64,000 nucleotides of DNA from Escherichia coli (GTDB lineage: Bacteria > Pseudomonadota > Gammaproteobacteria > Enterobacterales > Enterobacteriaceae). The stretch lies in NCBI RefSeq assembly GCF_003790525.1, contig NZ_CP033633.1. One strand, 5' to 3'. A program made the position numbers and the translations under genes. This document shows, in pieces, positions 28,279-37,829 of this stretch. Every line of letters begins with the position of its first letter. Within the stretch, counting starts at the first letter, position 1. Under the pieces are notes generated by a model, which did not search any database, was not told the DNA's origin, and was given only the letters and a program-made list of their open reading frames with translations.

Positions 28279-29481
28279 TCAGAAGGTGAACTGTAACTGA
28301 GCAATGGCACCGTAGTTGTTGTCGGTGCCCATGAGGCCGGCGACATCAATGTGAATCACATCAAACGGTGAGAGCCCAATCCCGGCAGTGAATGCACTGC
28401 CGTTGTTGCTGGCCAGATTCTGGCGGTAACCGGTACGTAACTGTGCCCATTTCCAGGCATTAAACTCAGCACCAACGGCGGCAAACTGACGTTTGCTGTC
28501 TGATGTGAAGCCGCTGGCCGGGGTCAGATCCACATCCAGTGCCGTGGTGAACATGTCGTTGTGCCATGATACGCCGGTCGTTACCTGCGGACGGATCCTG
28601 AAGGTCTCGCTGACACCATTCACTTCTTTGGTTTCAATACTGCGGGGGAGCAGGTTCTGTGCGACCAGTCCCAGCGTCCAGTTGTCATCCAGGTCCATGC
28701 TGGCGCCGATGTCGGCGTTGATGCCATTTTTCGTGTTGTGGTAGCGGTCACCTTTGAATGCGCTGCTGTCATAATTTTTGACCAGCACGTTGTAGTTGAA
28801 CAGGTCAACACGCTGGAATTTTGGTGTGAAGCCCAGTGACCATTTTTGTCCGGCGGTCTCCAGTTCGGTGGCCAGCGCAATGCCCACATCAGTGACCAGT
28901 ACGGCACGGGCAAATGCCTGAGAGGTCAGTCGGTTTTTGTCCACATTCTGACCGTTGCTGTTTACAATGCTTTCCAGATAGTTCAGGTCTGCATCACTGA
29001 CCTTACCGTCAACGCTGACAGTACCGAAGGTTTTTAGCATCAGGGCTGCAGCGAGAGTATCACCGGGAAGGGCTGCCACAGCGGAAGCGCCCACCTGTGC
29101 GTCAGCATGCGTGTGACGGAAGTCCTGAAGTTGCGCCTTCAGACGCGCAGCGGTCTGCGGTACGCCGCTCTGTGCGTCGACGGCACGCTCAAAGGCTTTC
29201 CAGTCATCACTGATTTTATCGGCGTTGTCGGTGATATTACCCGGGTCGGACAATTGTGCCCCGACGGACGGAAGAAGAAGACTGAAGTCATCTTTTGCAC
29301 CGGATTTTGTCAGCAGTGCCGGGTTTGCCAGTGGGGCCACACCATAGTGAGAGGAGGCAACCCCCGTTCCTCCCATCGCATCATTGCGGGCTTCAAAATA
29401 TGACGTTGCTGCAGTCGAATTAAAGGAAAATAAAACGGCAGACGCGATGAGAGTACGGGTAATATGCTTTTTCATCATCAT
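28279..29481 (-). CDS. conjugal transfer protein with signal peptide and beta-barrel-like C-terminus (TraF by position)
   Basis: 400 aa, signal peptide, ends ...IAQLQFTF (outer-membrane-like terminal strand). Confidence 0.5.
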   Translation of the reverse strand: MMMKKHITRTLIASAVLFSFNSTAATSYFEARNDAMGGTGVASSHYGVAPLANPALLTKSGAKDDFSLLLPSVGAQLSDPGNITDNADKISDDWKAFERAVDAQSGVPQTAARLKAQLQDFRHTHADAQVGASAVAALPGDTLAAALMLKTFGTVSVDGKVSDADLNYLESIVNSNGQNVDKNRLTSQAFARAVLVTDVGIALATELETAGQKWSLGFTPKFQRVDLFNYNVLVKNYDSSAFKGDRYHNTKNGINADIGASMDLDDNWTLGLVAQNLLPRSIETKEVNGVSETFRIRPQVTTGVSWHNDMFTTALDVDLTPASGFTSDSKRQFAAVGAEFNAWKWAQLRTGYRQNLASNNGSAFTAGIGLSPFDVIHIDVAGLMGTDNNYGAIAQLQFTF

Positions 29482-29582
29482 TTCAGTTTCCTGTATTGAG
29501 GTATTTTGGGTATAACAACAGAGGGCACGGCTGTTCCATTAAAAACAGTTGGTGTATTATTCCGGTTTATTGCTCAGTATTA

Positions 29583-30404
29583 TTACCAGGGGGATAACGG
29601 AACCCTGAATAACGCAGTGGGTAATATTTTTCCTGTTATCAGATATTCTGCCTGTGCCGGAGTGAGTGTTACGGCGCGAACAGGGATATCCGGAGATATT
29701 TTTCGGGCCATCTGAAACCAGCCTTCTTTTTCTATATCCATTCTGACCGGATATAACGAAAGTACCGGATAAATAATGGTGTTATTAATTTCTTTTTTCT
29801 GCCTGAGCAGAACGCCGCAATATTCTCCGGAATGCGTTCCGGCAAACGGAAAACCATGCCAGAGAATAATGTCCATATTCTCGCGGGCTGAAATAATCCT
29901 GCAGAATATCTCCTGTGTGGCTGGCCAGTCTCCCGGACGATACAGTGGATAATGCACCCTGCCGTTCAGCCATTCCGGACTGAGATAAAACCAGTCAGCC
30001 AGTGCTGCAAGAATCTCCCCGGTCAGATAGTCAGTGAGTCTGTCCGGCTCCCGGAAGACGGCAGGGCGGATATTCCAGGGGGCCAGTAATGCAGCCATCG
30101 TTGTTGCGCTGATATCATGTGCCTGCATGATGTGCTCCATCCTGCTGAGAAGACGGCGGACGATGTTATCTGCAGGAAGAAACATTTCACTTAACGCGTC
30201 TTCGACCAGGATACGCGTCAGGTCAGAGACGGAAAGAGAAAGCTGTTCGCTCATGATACCAAGGGCATCCCTGACTCCCTGCGGATAACGAACCTGCAGG
30301 GGTGTGGACTGCAGCTGGCGATGACTGAGCAGGCATTCGCAAATTCGCTCCCTGTCCAGGGAGAGCATCATACGGGCGGCAATACCTGTGCTGTCAGTTT
30401 TCAT
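29583..30404 (-). CDS. conjugal transfer protein (TraE by position)
   Basis: 273 aa ORF, first gene after rci in the array. Confidence 0.4.
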   Translation of the reverse strand: MKTDSTGIAARMMLSLDRERICECLLSHRQLQSTPLQVRYPQGVRDALGIMSEQLSLSVSDLTRILVEDALSEMFLPADNIVRRLLSRMEHIMQAHDISATTMAALLAPWNIRPAVFREPDRLTDYLTGEILAALADWFYLSPEWLNGRVHYPLYRPGDWPATQEIFCRIISARENMDIILWHGFPFAGTHSGEYCGVLLRQKKEINNTIIYPVLSLYPVRMDIEKEGWFQMARKISPDIPVRAVTLTPAQAEYLITGKILPTALFRVPLSPW

Positions 30405-30677
30405 TTCACCTCCATGCGGGTCAGCGTGTTTTGTTCATAAATTGAGTCTAAAGAGAGTGTTTTTTAAACGGAAGCGAGTTATTTCGATCGTTATGATCGA
30501 GTGTGTTTCAAGAGTGCTTTTAACTCTGTTTTAAGCGTGAATGAAAAGGATTCGGACAGGACGTGATTTAGTATGCCGCTGGTCTGGCATTATGCTGCAG
30601 AGCAGACGGAGTCAGGAGATTGAAAGTATTTCGTTATATAATCTTTTCCTTTTCGGGATGAAATCAACGAGGTTCGT

Positions 30678-30998
30678 ATGAAAATTAAACAGCATAAAGA
30701 AAAACTGGAGATTATAAGGGATATTATTCGAGAGACGCTGTTGGGTAATGCTGCTCTTATTGTTCTGGCAGCCATGGTTCCGGTTGTACTGGTGAAACCA
30801 TGGGATTCGATGACATTTATTTTTATGGGGGCCGTGTGTGTTTCTTTTGCAGTCATTCTGTTTTGGCTGGTTTATATAGTTTGTTTGTATATAGGAACGC
30901 TTGTAAAGAATATTTTTATAAGGATTTTTGCTTTTTCTATTTGGGCCCTTTCTGCTGAGGGGGCAATTATTTATAACATGATAAAGATATTATCATAG
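30678..30998 (+). CDS. small hypothetical membrane protein, 106 aa, AT-rich
   Basis: ATG with GAGGT 4 nt upstream; three predicted TM segments; on the strand opposite to the tra/pil array. Confidence 0.35.
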   Translation: MKIKQHKEKLEIIRDIIRETLLGNAALIVLAAMVPVVLVKPWDSMTFIFMGAVCVSFAVILFWLVYIVCLYIGTLVKNIFIRIFAFSIWALSAEGAIIYNMIKILS

Positions 30999-31089
30999 AA
31001 AAGCTGTTTATATATTGGCTCTATGTAAAAAGAATGGTACCACTGCCAGAGTCCCCGTCGTTATTTTTATGCGTTGGGGCCATGAATGT

Positions 31090-31410
31090 TTATTTGGCAT
31101 CCCTTATCTCGCCCATCAGCAGGCGGATATGCAGCCAGGTGTCATGATCCAGAACAGGTGATGGTGTTACCATGCAAGCACAGTGCCCGATGGCGAGCGT
31201 ATCAAGGAAGCGTTTTGCATCGTTGGCACTTTCATATTCACCAGTATGGATCAACATCCACCTTTGCCCCAACGCTGATTCGGTGTGAATTGGTTGCGAG
31301 AATGCGATTGTGTAAACGTCTTCAATTGTAACGATACGATTATTATCCGCAGTGGCTGCATGGGAGGATAAGTGTTTCATAAAGGGTCTCATAGCGTTAA
31401 TTTTGATCAA
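31090..31410 (-). CDS. hypothetical protein, about 100 aa
   Basis: ORF between traE and rci; track start is TTG, internal ATG starts possible at 31392 or 31380. Confidence 0.3.
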   Translation of the reverse strand: MIKINAMRPFMKHLSSHAATADNNRIVTIEDVYTIAFSQPIHTESALGQRWMLIHTGEYESANDAKRFLDTLAIGHCACMVTPSPVLDHDTWLHIRLLMGEIRDAK

Positions 31411-31421
31411 AAATTATTTGT

Positions 31422-32591
31422 TCAGGAGGAGGATATGAAAATACTGTTCGCTTTTGTCATGAACTGGCTGTTTGTTAACGGACAAATCATGACCCGTTCA
31501 TCAATGTTTGCGGGTAGCTCGCCTGGTGTGGGGACGCGTTCACCCCGCTGAGCAGCCTGGGCCAGTGCGCGCAGCAACAATACGCTGGCGTGAGATATTG
31601 CCAGTTCCCGGGTTTCAGCACGGCTTTCAAGGTCGAAATCGTGCAGTGTCACAATGAACACTCCGTTTCTGTTTCTGACAGTTGCAGGGTAGGGAACAAA
31701 ATAAGGGGAAATTTTGCTGGTCTGTTTACGCCTTGCATCGAGTTTACTGACCAGGTGATATGCCCGGAGGTGTGTGTACCGTTTCAACATGTTCAGTGAG
31801 CGGTGACCGGAAATGGCTGCAATCTCCATAACGTTCAGTGTGCCGAGCTCGAACAGACGGCTGATGGCCTCATGGCGTAGATCGTGAAAATGCAGATTTT
31901 CTATTTTCAGATCCAGAAGAGCGGTACGCCAGGCGCTTTTGAAACCGGACGAGGTGTAATTGAACACATTGCCGTTTATCTGTTGTGGCAGAATTTGCAG
32001 GTAGTTACGTGCTTTCCGGGAGAGTGGTACGTCGCGTGGTGAGCCATTTTTCGTTTCAGGAAGATGCGCCACGCCGTGCTGCAAATCGATGTGTTCCCAG
32101 CGTAATGAGAGAATTTCTCCCTGGCGCATTGCTGTTTCCAGAGCCAGATGGAAGATAACGTAGAGCTGCGGATTTTTGTCCCTGAAATAGCGGGAAAGGC
32201 GGCGTTCTTCACCAGAAGTCAGTCGGCGGTCGCGGCCATTACTGATTTTCGGTTTTCGGACCAGTTCAACAGGATTCATACGGCATGTTCCCCATTCCAC
32301 ACGGGCGATATTGAATAATGATGATAAAAGGGCAAGTTCAAGACGGACGGTATTTCCGGTGATTTGACGCCCTGTTCGTGGGTTAATTTGAGCTAAACGC
32401 TGATCCCGGTAACCGGCGATATCAATGGTAGTGATTTCATCCATATAGCGCTCGGCCATAGGGTGACGTTTAATCACATTGACGCGATAAAACTCCTGCA
32501 GATGACCTTTTTTATGGACGGAAACGGTTTTCAAGTATTTGTCCAGCGCCCGGTTGAGAGTCATTTTGCGAATTTTGATTTTTCGAAACAT
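31422..32591 (-). CDS. rci: shufflon-specific tyrosine recombinase Rci
   Basis: Track ORF 31422..32906; real start at ATG 32591 ([20 protein letters not shown]), about 389 aa; integrase motifs ([25 protein letters not shown]); immediately adjacent to the sfx repeats. Confidence 0.85.
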   Translation of the reverse strand: MFRKIKIRKMTLNRALDKYLKTVSVHKKGHLQEFYRVNVIKRHPMAERYMDEITTIDIAGYRDQRLAQINPRTGRQITGNTVRLELALLSSLFNIARVEWGTCRMNPVELVRKPKISNGRDRRLTSGEERRLSRYFRDKNPQLYVIFHLALETAMRQGEILSLRWEHIDLQHGVAHLPETKNGSPRDVPLSRKARNYLQILPQQINGNVFNYTSSGFKSAWRTALLDLKIENLHFHDLRHEAISRLFELGTLNVMEIAAISGHRSLNMLKRYTHLRAYHLVSKLDARRKQTSKISPYFVPYPATVRNRNGVFIVTLHDFDLESRAETRELAISHASVLLLRALAQAAQRGERVPTPGELPANIDERVMICPLTNSQFMTKANSIFISSS

Positions 32592-32653
32592 ATCTGCCTT
32601 CCACGATAAAAACAGGGAAGGTAGGAATAGTGAAACGGAAATGCAATATCGCC

Positions 32654-32672
32654 GTGCCAATCCGGTGTGTGG
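32654..32672 (+). repeat. shufflon sfx repeat GTGCCAATCCGGTGTGTGG
   Basis: Exact 19-mer, also at 33148 and inverted at 33877; encodes CQSGVW in the PilV frame. Confidence 0.85.
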
Positions 32673-32879
32673 GTTGGAGGCAATAAAGTGAACTATTCTG
32701 CCTGTAAATGGTATGAAGCGACCTCCGCACATTTTATCGGTGGCAGAAGTGGAGGTTCTATTTATTACAAGCCGATTCAGTGCCCTGCCGGGTACGTCAT
32801 GACAGGTACAAGAATGTACGGCATCGGAGATGGTGTTGATGAAGAGCACGTCGATGCTTACTGTTGCCCTTTTGGTTAG
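32654..32879 (+). other. alternative PilV C-terminal exon (silent in this orientation)
   Basis: Frame continuing from the sfx repeat: [27 protein letters not shown]...CCPFG. Confidence 0.6.
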
Positions 32880-33139
32880 ATTCCGGCACCAGGAAGGTTG
32901 AGGCATGTCACTGTAATTGTGCCACCGGACTCATAATTTCCCCACGCATAATTATTCACATACCAAACCTTGTTTTGGTCGGCGTATATCTGCTGAAAAC
33001 CACCAAAAGGCGAGCCATTAAGGTATGTCCACGAGCAGTACGCATGTACGCCAATGCTCAGATTACGAGTATTTTTCCCGATATTGTATGTACTGGTAGT
33101 GAAGTTCATTTTTGTCGTTGTCCAGATACCGGATTGGCA
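32876..33139 (-). other. alternative PilV C-terminal exon (silent; not joined to the pilV constant region)
   Basis: Frame from inverted sfx at 33121-33139: [21 protein letters not shown]...NLPGAGI. Confidence 0.6.
33121..33139 (-). repeat. shufflon sfx repeat, inverted, variant spacer (GTGCCAATCCGGTATCTGG)
   Basis: Reverse complement shares the 12-bp arm GTGCCAATCCGG. Confidence 0.75.
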
Positions 33140-33147
33140 CGGAGGCC

Positions 33148-33166
33148 AGTGCCAATCCGGTGTGTG
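33148..33166 (+). repeat. shufflon sfx repeat GTGCCAATCCGGTGTGTGG
   Basis: Exact copy of the 32654 repeat. Confidence 0.85.
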
Positions 33167-33539
33167 GGTTGGCTTTGAATCCTACCCTGTGGGAAGCCCT
33201 ATCCCGTGGCCATCTGCCACTCCTCCACAAGGCTATCTGTTGATGAACGGCCAGTCGTTTTCCTGTTCCCGGTATCCTCAGCTTGCCCGTGCTTATCCTG
33301 GCTGTAAATTGCCCGATCTGCGCGGTGTTTTTATCCGTGGCTGGGATAACGGGAAGGGACTTGATGGTGATCGGAACAGACAACTCCTGAGTTATCAGGC
33401 CGATCAATCAGGCGTCTATCACGAACGTGGCGGATGGCTGAAAGGGCATCATAGTGGTATGCCATACTGGGCACAGGGGAGTACCACAGAAATGCGTCCC
33501 AAAAATATTGCATTCAACTACATTGTTAAAGCCAGCTAG
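33148..33539 (+). other. alternative PilV C-terminal exon (silent in this orientation)
   Basis: Frame from sfx: [20 protein letters not shown]...NYIVKAS; tail-fibre-like C-terminus. Confidence 0.6.
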
Positions 33540-33543
33540 GGAC

Positions 33544-34878
33544 TCACATCTGATAGGCATACACAGAGAAAACACCGTTACCACAGGCGTAATTTTGTGT
33601 TGGTCTGGAGATGATTTGATATGACGCTCCCACTGGCACGGCAAATGAAATAAATGCTGTCTTTCCGTAGGAGGGGTTATTGCTGGCATTCATACCAATG
33701 AAAGCGCCGTTCACATAGCCCTGAAGATTTGATGTGTTGGCGCAATCACCGCCACCGGCACCATTTCCACCGGAAGCGTACACAAACAAAGTTCCTCTGC
33801 CGTTATTTCTCCCGTTAAATGTTCCCCGGTGAGAACCCAGATTGCTGTAACTTCCGTCAGGTGCACCAATCGTTCGCCACACACCGGATTGGCACGAAAG
33901 TATTGCCCCTTTACTGTCGCGGCCTACAAGTCCGTCCGGTGAGCAGGAAGTACCTGCGGTGGCTGTTTTATCCAGCTGTAAATACTCACCCGTGGAAAGA
34001 CGCCCCTCAGACCGGACAGTTCCACCACTGACTTTTCCTCCTTTGAGCTCTCCTTCGGTTGTGATCCCTTTGTTGTTAACAGCACGTATCCATTGGCTGT
34101 CCGTCATGGTGAAACCGCCTCCGTGCGTCGTGTTCATCCACCCCTTGTTGTTTCTGGTGATAAGCCAGCCGTCTTCGCTGGTTATATCGCCTTTCACCGT
34201 GGCTTTCTGACCATTGAGGTTACCGGCGTTATTGATGTCATTTCCGCTCATGTTGATAGCTGTGTGCATCTGGTTCAGCTCTGGTCTCCCCGGGACCTGG
34301 AAACGATACAACCTGTCGCTTTCCTGCAGATCATCACCCGTCATGACGACGGCAATGTGACCTGCCGAACAGGTGAGTCCGTAATCCCCCGGTTTGTCTG
34401 TCCAGGCGCCGAATGCGCCGGTTGCTGTTCCGTTTTTACCAATATAACCACCCAGCCCGGGAAGCTGTCCTGCCACACTGCGCAGACCATCTTCTTTGAT
34501 ATTCTGCCCCCCTGTTGAGCAGGTCAGGGCTTCAAGACGTCCTGTAGTCTGGTTACGGCGGATACCCGTGATATAACTCTGCCCAAACGGAGAATGATTA
34601 AATCCCTGTTTCAGGTATCCCTTGCGAATCAAATCATCGGCTGTAAAGTTTGCCGGAAGGCTGCCGTTGTGCAGAGTGGCATTGTTATCGGCAATGTAAT
34701 TTCTGGCTGCGGTATTGTAGGCATCTGCATGAGAAGCAGCACTCTGGTAAAGCTGTTCATTCAGCCAGTTTTCTATTTCGGAATAAATCAGCGGCGTGGC
34801 GATACCAATCACTATCAGTCCCGCCAGTATTTCAAGCAGAATAAAACCTTTGTCGTCATCGTGTCTGAACTTTTTCAC
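33544..34878 (-). CDS. pilV: type IV prepilin-like adhesin PilV (constant region 33896..34878 plus active C-terminal segment 33544..33876)
   Basis: N-terminus KGFILLEILAGLIVIGIA (class III leader and hydrophobic helix); 444 aa; C-terminal region switchable by the shufflon. Confidence 0.85.
   Translation of the reverse strand: MKKFRHDDDKGFILLEILAGLIVIGIATPLIYSEIENWLNEQLYQSAASHADAYNTAARNYIADNNATLHNGSLPANFTADDLIRKGYLKQGFNHSPFGQSYITGIRRNQTTGRLEALTCSTGGQNIKEDGLRSVAGQLPGLGGYIGKNGTATGAFGAWTDKPGDYGLTCSAGHIAVVMTGDDLQESDRLYRFQVPGRPELNQMHTAINMSGNDINNAGNLNGQKATVKGDITSEDGWLITRNNKGWMNTTHGGGFTMTDSQWIRAVNNKGITTEGELKGGKVSGGTVRSEGRLSTGEYLQLDKTATAGTSCSPDGLVGRDSKGAILSCQSGVWRTIGAPDGSYSNLGSHRGTFNGRNNGRGTLFVYASGGNGAGGGDCANTSNLQGYVNGAFIGMNASNNPSYGKTAFISFAVPVGASYQIISRPTQNYACGNGVFSVYAYQM
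33877..33895 (-). repeat. shufflon sfx repeat at the junction of the pilV constant region and the currently expressed C-terminal segment
   Basis: Plus strand CCACACACCGGATTGGCAC is the reverse complement of the sfx 19-mer; encodes SCQSGVW in PilV. Confidence 0.85.
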
Positions 34879-35582
34879 GTGAATATCTCCGAAGTGCGGA
34901 AAACGGAATCAGGGAGGAGGGTTAGTGCATACAGTGATGCGCAGAGAAACGGGGCGAACGGCAGTGCCTGCTGATGTCTGTGACGGCAGAAGAGGAGGAT
35001 AAACAGAAATGCCCCGGAAGCTGCGGCGGTGATTAGCAGCGGCGTGTGTTGTGGCTGTGTCCACATTGCAATTCCTGCTATCAGGAATACATCACCAAGG
35101 CCGAGTGCTTCTGTTCCTTTTGCCGTTATGAAAAACTGCCGTAGCAGGTATGTCATGCCGAACCAGAGTGATGCGTTGAGGAGGCTGTATGTGAGCTCCT
35201 CCAGGCTGTACCTGAACGCTGCCCCCAGAACAATCAGTGAAAGCGTGAATATCCGGGGAAGCCGACAGACGGCGATGTCCGTCAGCGTCATTACAGTTAA
35301 TAATCCCGTCAGAATGGAAAGGAATAACAGCCCCGTGGCTTCAACACCATATGCGCCGTTGAGGCTGACACTCACTATGGCCAGAAGGCAACACACGTAC
35401 ACCACCGGCCTGGGCGGCCGGGTGTCGTGTACTGCTGACAGGTAGAGAGCGGCGGTGATGTATGCAAGATAAAGAATAACCGCCAGGATGATGATTATTA
35501 TTGTCATGCTCAGTAATGCGCTCACCGTCACCTCGTATTTATTAATATTGTCTGAAATACCGGTTGTGGATTTTTCGGGCAT
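34875..35582 (-). CDS. pilU: prepilin peptidase PilU
   Basis: Polytopic membrane protein, 4-bp overlap with pilV; start may be the internal Met (about 210 aa). Confidence 0.7.
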   Translation of the reverse strand: MPEKSTTGISDNINKYEVTVSALLSMTIIIIILAVILYLAYITAALYLSAVHDTRPPRPVVYVCCLLAIVSVSLNGAYGVEATGLLFLSILTGLLTVMTLTDIAVCRLPRIFTLSLIVLGAAFRYSLEELTYSLLNASLWFGMTYLLRQFFITAKGTEALGLGDVFLIAGIAMWTQPQHTPLLITAAASGAFLFILLFCRHRHQQALPFAPFLCASLYALTLLPDSVFRTSEIFT

Positions 35583-36018
35583 ATATCATGCGCCGGGCTG
35601 TGTTATTTTTGCTGAAACCGGCGTTATAGCTGCCCAGGCATTCCCAGTTAACGCCGCAGCGTTGAAAATGGCGGGCCAGTATCCAGGCACCGGTATGAAT
35701 ATTCAGGCAGGGCTTTTTAAGCAGTTCATCCTTGTTTTTAATGACGCCCAGTTTTTTCAGTTCAGGAATATGCACTGAATTAATCTGCATTATTCCGTAA
35801 TCCGTACTGATGATTTTTCCGGATTTGTTTTTATTGTGATTTATCGCAGTGGCGACCAGGCCGCTTTCCTGCTGTGCAATGGTTTTCAGAAGCTCAGGGG
35901 CAATCAGGTAACGTTTTCCGGCCTGAATAAAACAGGAATCGAGATGATTATTATTCATCACAGATGCGATTGATGTGTTACTGAATAAAAGCAGGACAGA
36001 GAGATATAACCATTTCAT
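35542..36018 (-). CDS. pilT: lytic transglycosylase PilT
   Basis: Signal peptide plus ESGL...DYGIMQINS motif typical of soluble lytic transglycosylases. Confidence 0.7.
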   Translation of the reverse strand: MKWLYLSVLLLFSNTSIASVMNNNHLDSCFIQAGKRYLIAPELLKTIAQQESGLVATAINHNKNKSGKIISTDYGIMQINSVHIPELKKLGVIKNKDELLKKPCLNIHTGAWILARHFQRCGVNWECLGSYNAGFSKNNTARRMIYARKIHNRYFRQY

Positions 36019-36076
36019 TATGATAATCCCGGCAGTGACAGCATCCTCTGGTATTTAAGGATGCTGTCCGGAAACA

Positions 36077-36613
36077 TTAGCTGTTTGTTTCAAGGGTGAT
36101 GTTATTTTTGTCGTTACTACATACTGTTACGGGATCCACAGTAGCCGGGGCGGTATTCATGATTTTGGTAAACATGGATGAACTGCGCAGGCTGTTAATG
36201 AGTTCCACGCAATTTTCTTTCGGTACATTATTGCTGGTAATCGTATAACCATACTTATCTGCCGTTGCCTTAATGGTGACATCACCGCCCCAGGCATTTT
36301 TGGCCTTGTTACCACCGGCGATCATATCGGCCGGCAGGGAACCACTCTGCGTCAGCGTTTTGATATAATCACTGCTGGTATATTGTCCCTGGAACTTGTA
36401 CTGCTTCATTTTGGTTGCAATGGTCTGCAGGTTTTTCAGTTCGCGCTGGTTATCACTGGATGACATGGTACTGGACATCTGACTTATTGCGAGAGCAACC
36501 ACAATACCGATAATAATCAGTGCGCTGGCAATTTCCAGTAAGGTTAAACCTTTATCCTCCTCTTTCTCTTTTTTTAAAGCAAAATAAGAATAAAGACATG
36601 ATCTGAAGTTCAT
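36077..36613 (-). CDS. pilS: type IV major prepilin PilS
   Basis: Prepilin N-terminus GLTLLEIASALIIIGIVVALAISQ preceded by a basic leader; 178 aa. Confidence 0.8.
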   Translation of the reverse strand: MNFRSCLYSYFALKKEKEEDKGLTLLEIASALIIIGIVVALAISQMSSTMSSSDNQRELKNLQTIATKMKQYKFQGQYTSSDYIKTLTQSGSLPADMIAGGNKAKNAWGGDVTIKATADKYGYTITSNNVPKENCVELINSLRSSSMFTKIMNTAPATVDPVTVCSNDKNNITLETNS

Positions 36614-36662
36614 ATATCACTCCTGGTTTATGGGATGTTTCAGAAATATTCTGTATGCGGGA

Positions 36663-37829
36663 TTATTGTTTCAGCATGTCGCTGATACTGTAGATGGCAG
36701 ATATCATGTTAAGAATAAAAAAGAAGACAAAACCTCCTGATATACCGGTAATAATTAATCCAATTCGTTTTACCCGTTTTTTTGCTTCCTCCAGCCACTG
36801 ATCGGCATAGAGTGCCATGGTTGCCACTCTGTCCTCCCTTTCGGAGTTCAGGAGCAGTTTATTGATGCATATTCTGGACGGAAAATCGTAACCGGAATTT
36901 CGCATTGCTGTGGCCAGATTCTGACCGGATAATACATGTTTTCGTATTGCCTGAATTCTCTCCTTTAACCATTTATTCTTTTCTGCACCTTTTTCCATTC
37001 GGAGCAGCGCCTGCGAAAGAGGAATATTAATCTGCAGCATGGATGAAATACTGAACAGATAATTCACCCCGTGTAAGGTCTGATACAGTGACCAGGGGGG
37101 AGCCTTGTCCAGCATCCTCCGGCCGGGGCCGGTATACCGGCTGAATGAAAAACGGATCAGAAGCGTCAGGGCGAAAATGGTCCCACAGAGCCAGAATCCG
37201 TACCCGATGAAAAATTCCGACATACCGGCAAGCAATTTCATCTGGAATGACCATTTATCTTCTGAAGCAAACGCACTGACGATGGGGATGATACGGGTAT
37301 GGGCGTTGTACATATTCACCACACAGAGCGAAAGCAGCAGAAGGGGGTAGAGGCAGACGGCAATGAGGCTGGATGTCATTTCCCGCCGGGCTTTAACGGT
37401 TCTGGCCACCTGGAAAAGGGCGTCGGCAATATTTCCGCGCTCTTCCCCGTTTCTGATTAACGTGGCTTCCTCCGGTGGCACCCAGGTTAACAGGGCACCG
37501 GATAACATGCCGCTGGCTTTGATGGAATCGATGCATTCTTTTGCCAGAAAATACATGCCGGATGTGCCTTTCTTTTCACCAAAATCGGTTTCGATCTCGC
37601 AGAGAAATTCGAGTGCACGCAGGGACGGCGTTCCGTCACGTATCATGCCGCCCAGGGCTTCGTAGAACTCCACCCGGTTCAGGGCAAAGGTTTTTCTGGC
37701 CATCCAGATGGTCAGCGCTGTCAGCTCAATGTCGGTGCTGTTGAGTTTTTCCAGAAATTTCATATCAGTGCAGCAGCGTATAGCTGTCCTCATCGACGGG
37801 AGATATATAATGGGCCGCCAGCGGATCAA
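36663..37829 (-). CDS. pilR: type IV pilus inner-membrane platform protein PilR (GspF/PilC family)
   Basis: 388 aa polytopic protein with duplicated GspF-like architecture; overlaps pilQ 3' end so true start is probably internal. Confidence 0.75.
   Translation of the reverse strand: MIRWRPIIYLPSMRTAIRCCTDMKFLEKLNSTDIELTALTIWMARKTFALNRVEFYEALGGMIRDGTPSLRALEFLCEIETDFGEKKGTSGMYFLAKECIDSIKASGMLSGALLTWVPPEEATLIRNGEERGNIADALFQVARTVKARREMTSSLIAVCLYPLLLLSLCVVNMYNAHTRIIPIVSAFASEDKWSFQMKLLAGMSEFFIGYGFWLCGTIFALTLLIRFSFSRYTGPGRRMLDKAPPWSLYQTLHGVNYLFSISSMLQINIPLSQALLRMEKGAEKNKWLKERIQAIRKHVLSGQNLATAMRNSGYDFPSRICINKLLLNSEREDRVATMALYADQWLEEAKKRVKRIGLIITGISGGFVFFFILNMISAIYSISDMLKQ

Noticed and set aside
31435-31551. 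38-codon plus-strand ORF with a strong AGGAGGAGG ribosome-binding site, antisense to the 3' end of rci
   Set aside because: The apparent Shine-Dalgarno is the reverse complement of the codons for the Ser-Ser-Ser C-terminus of Rci; no independent support.
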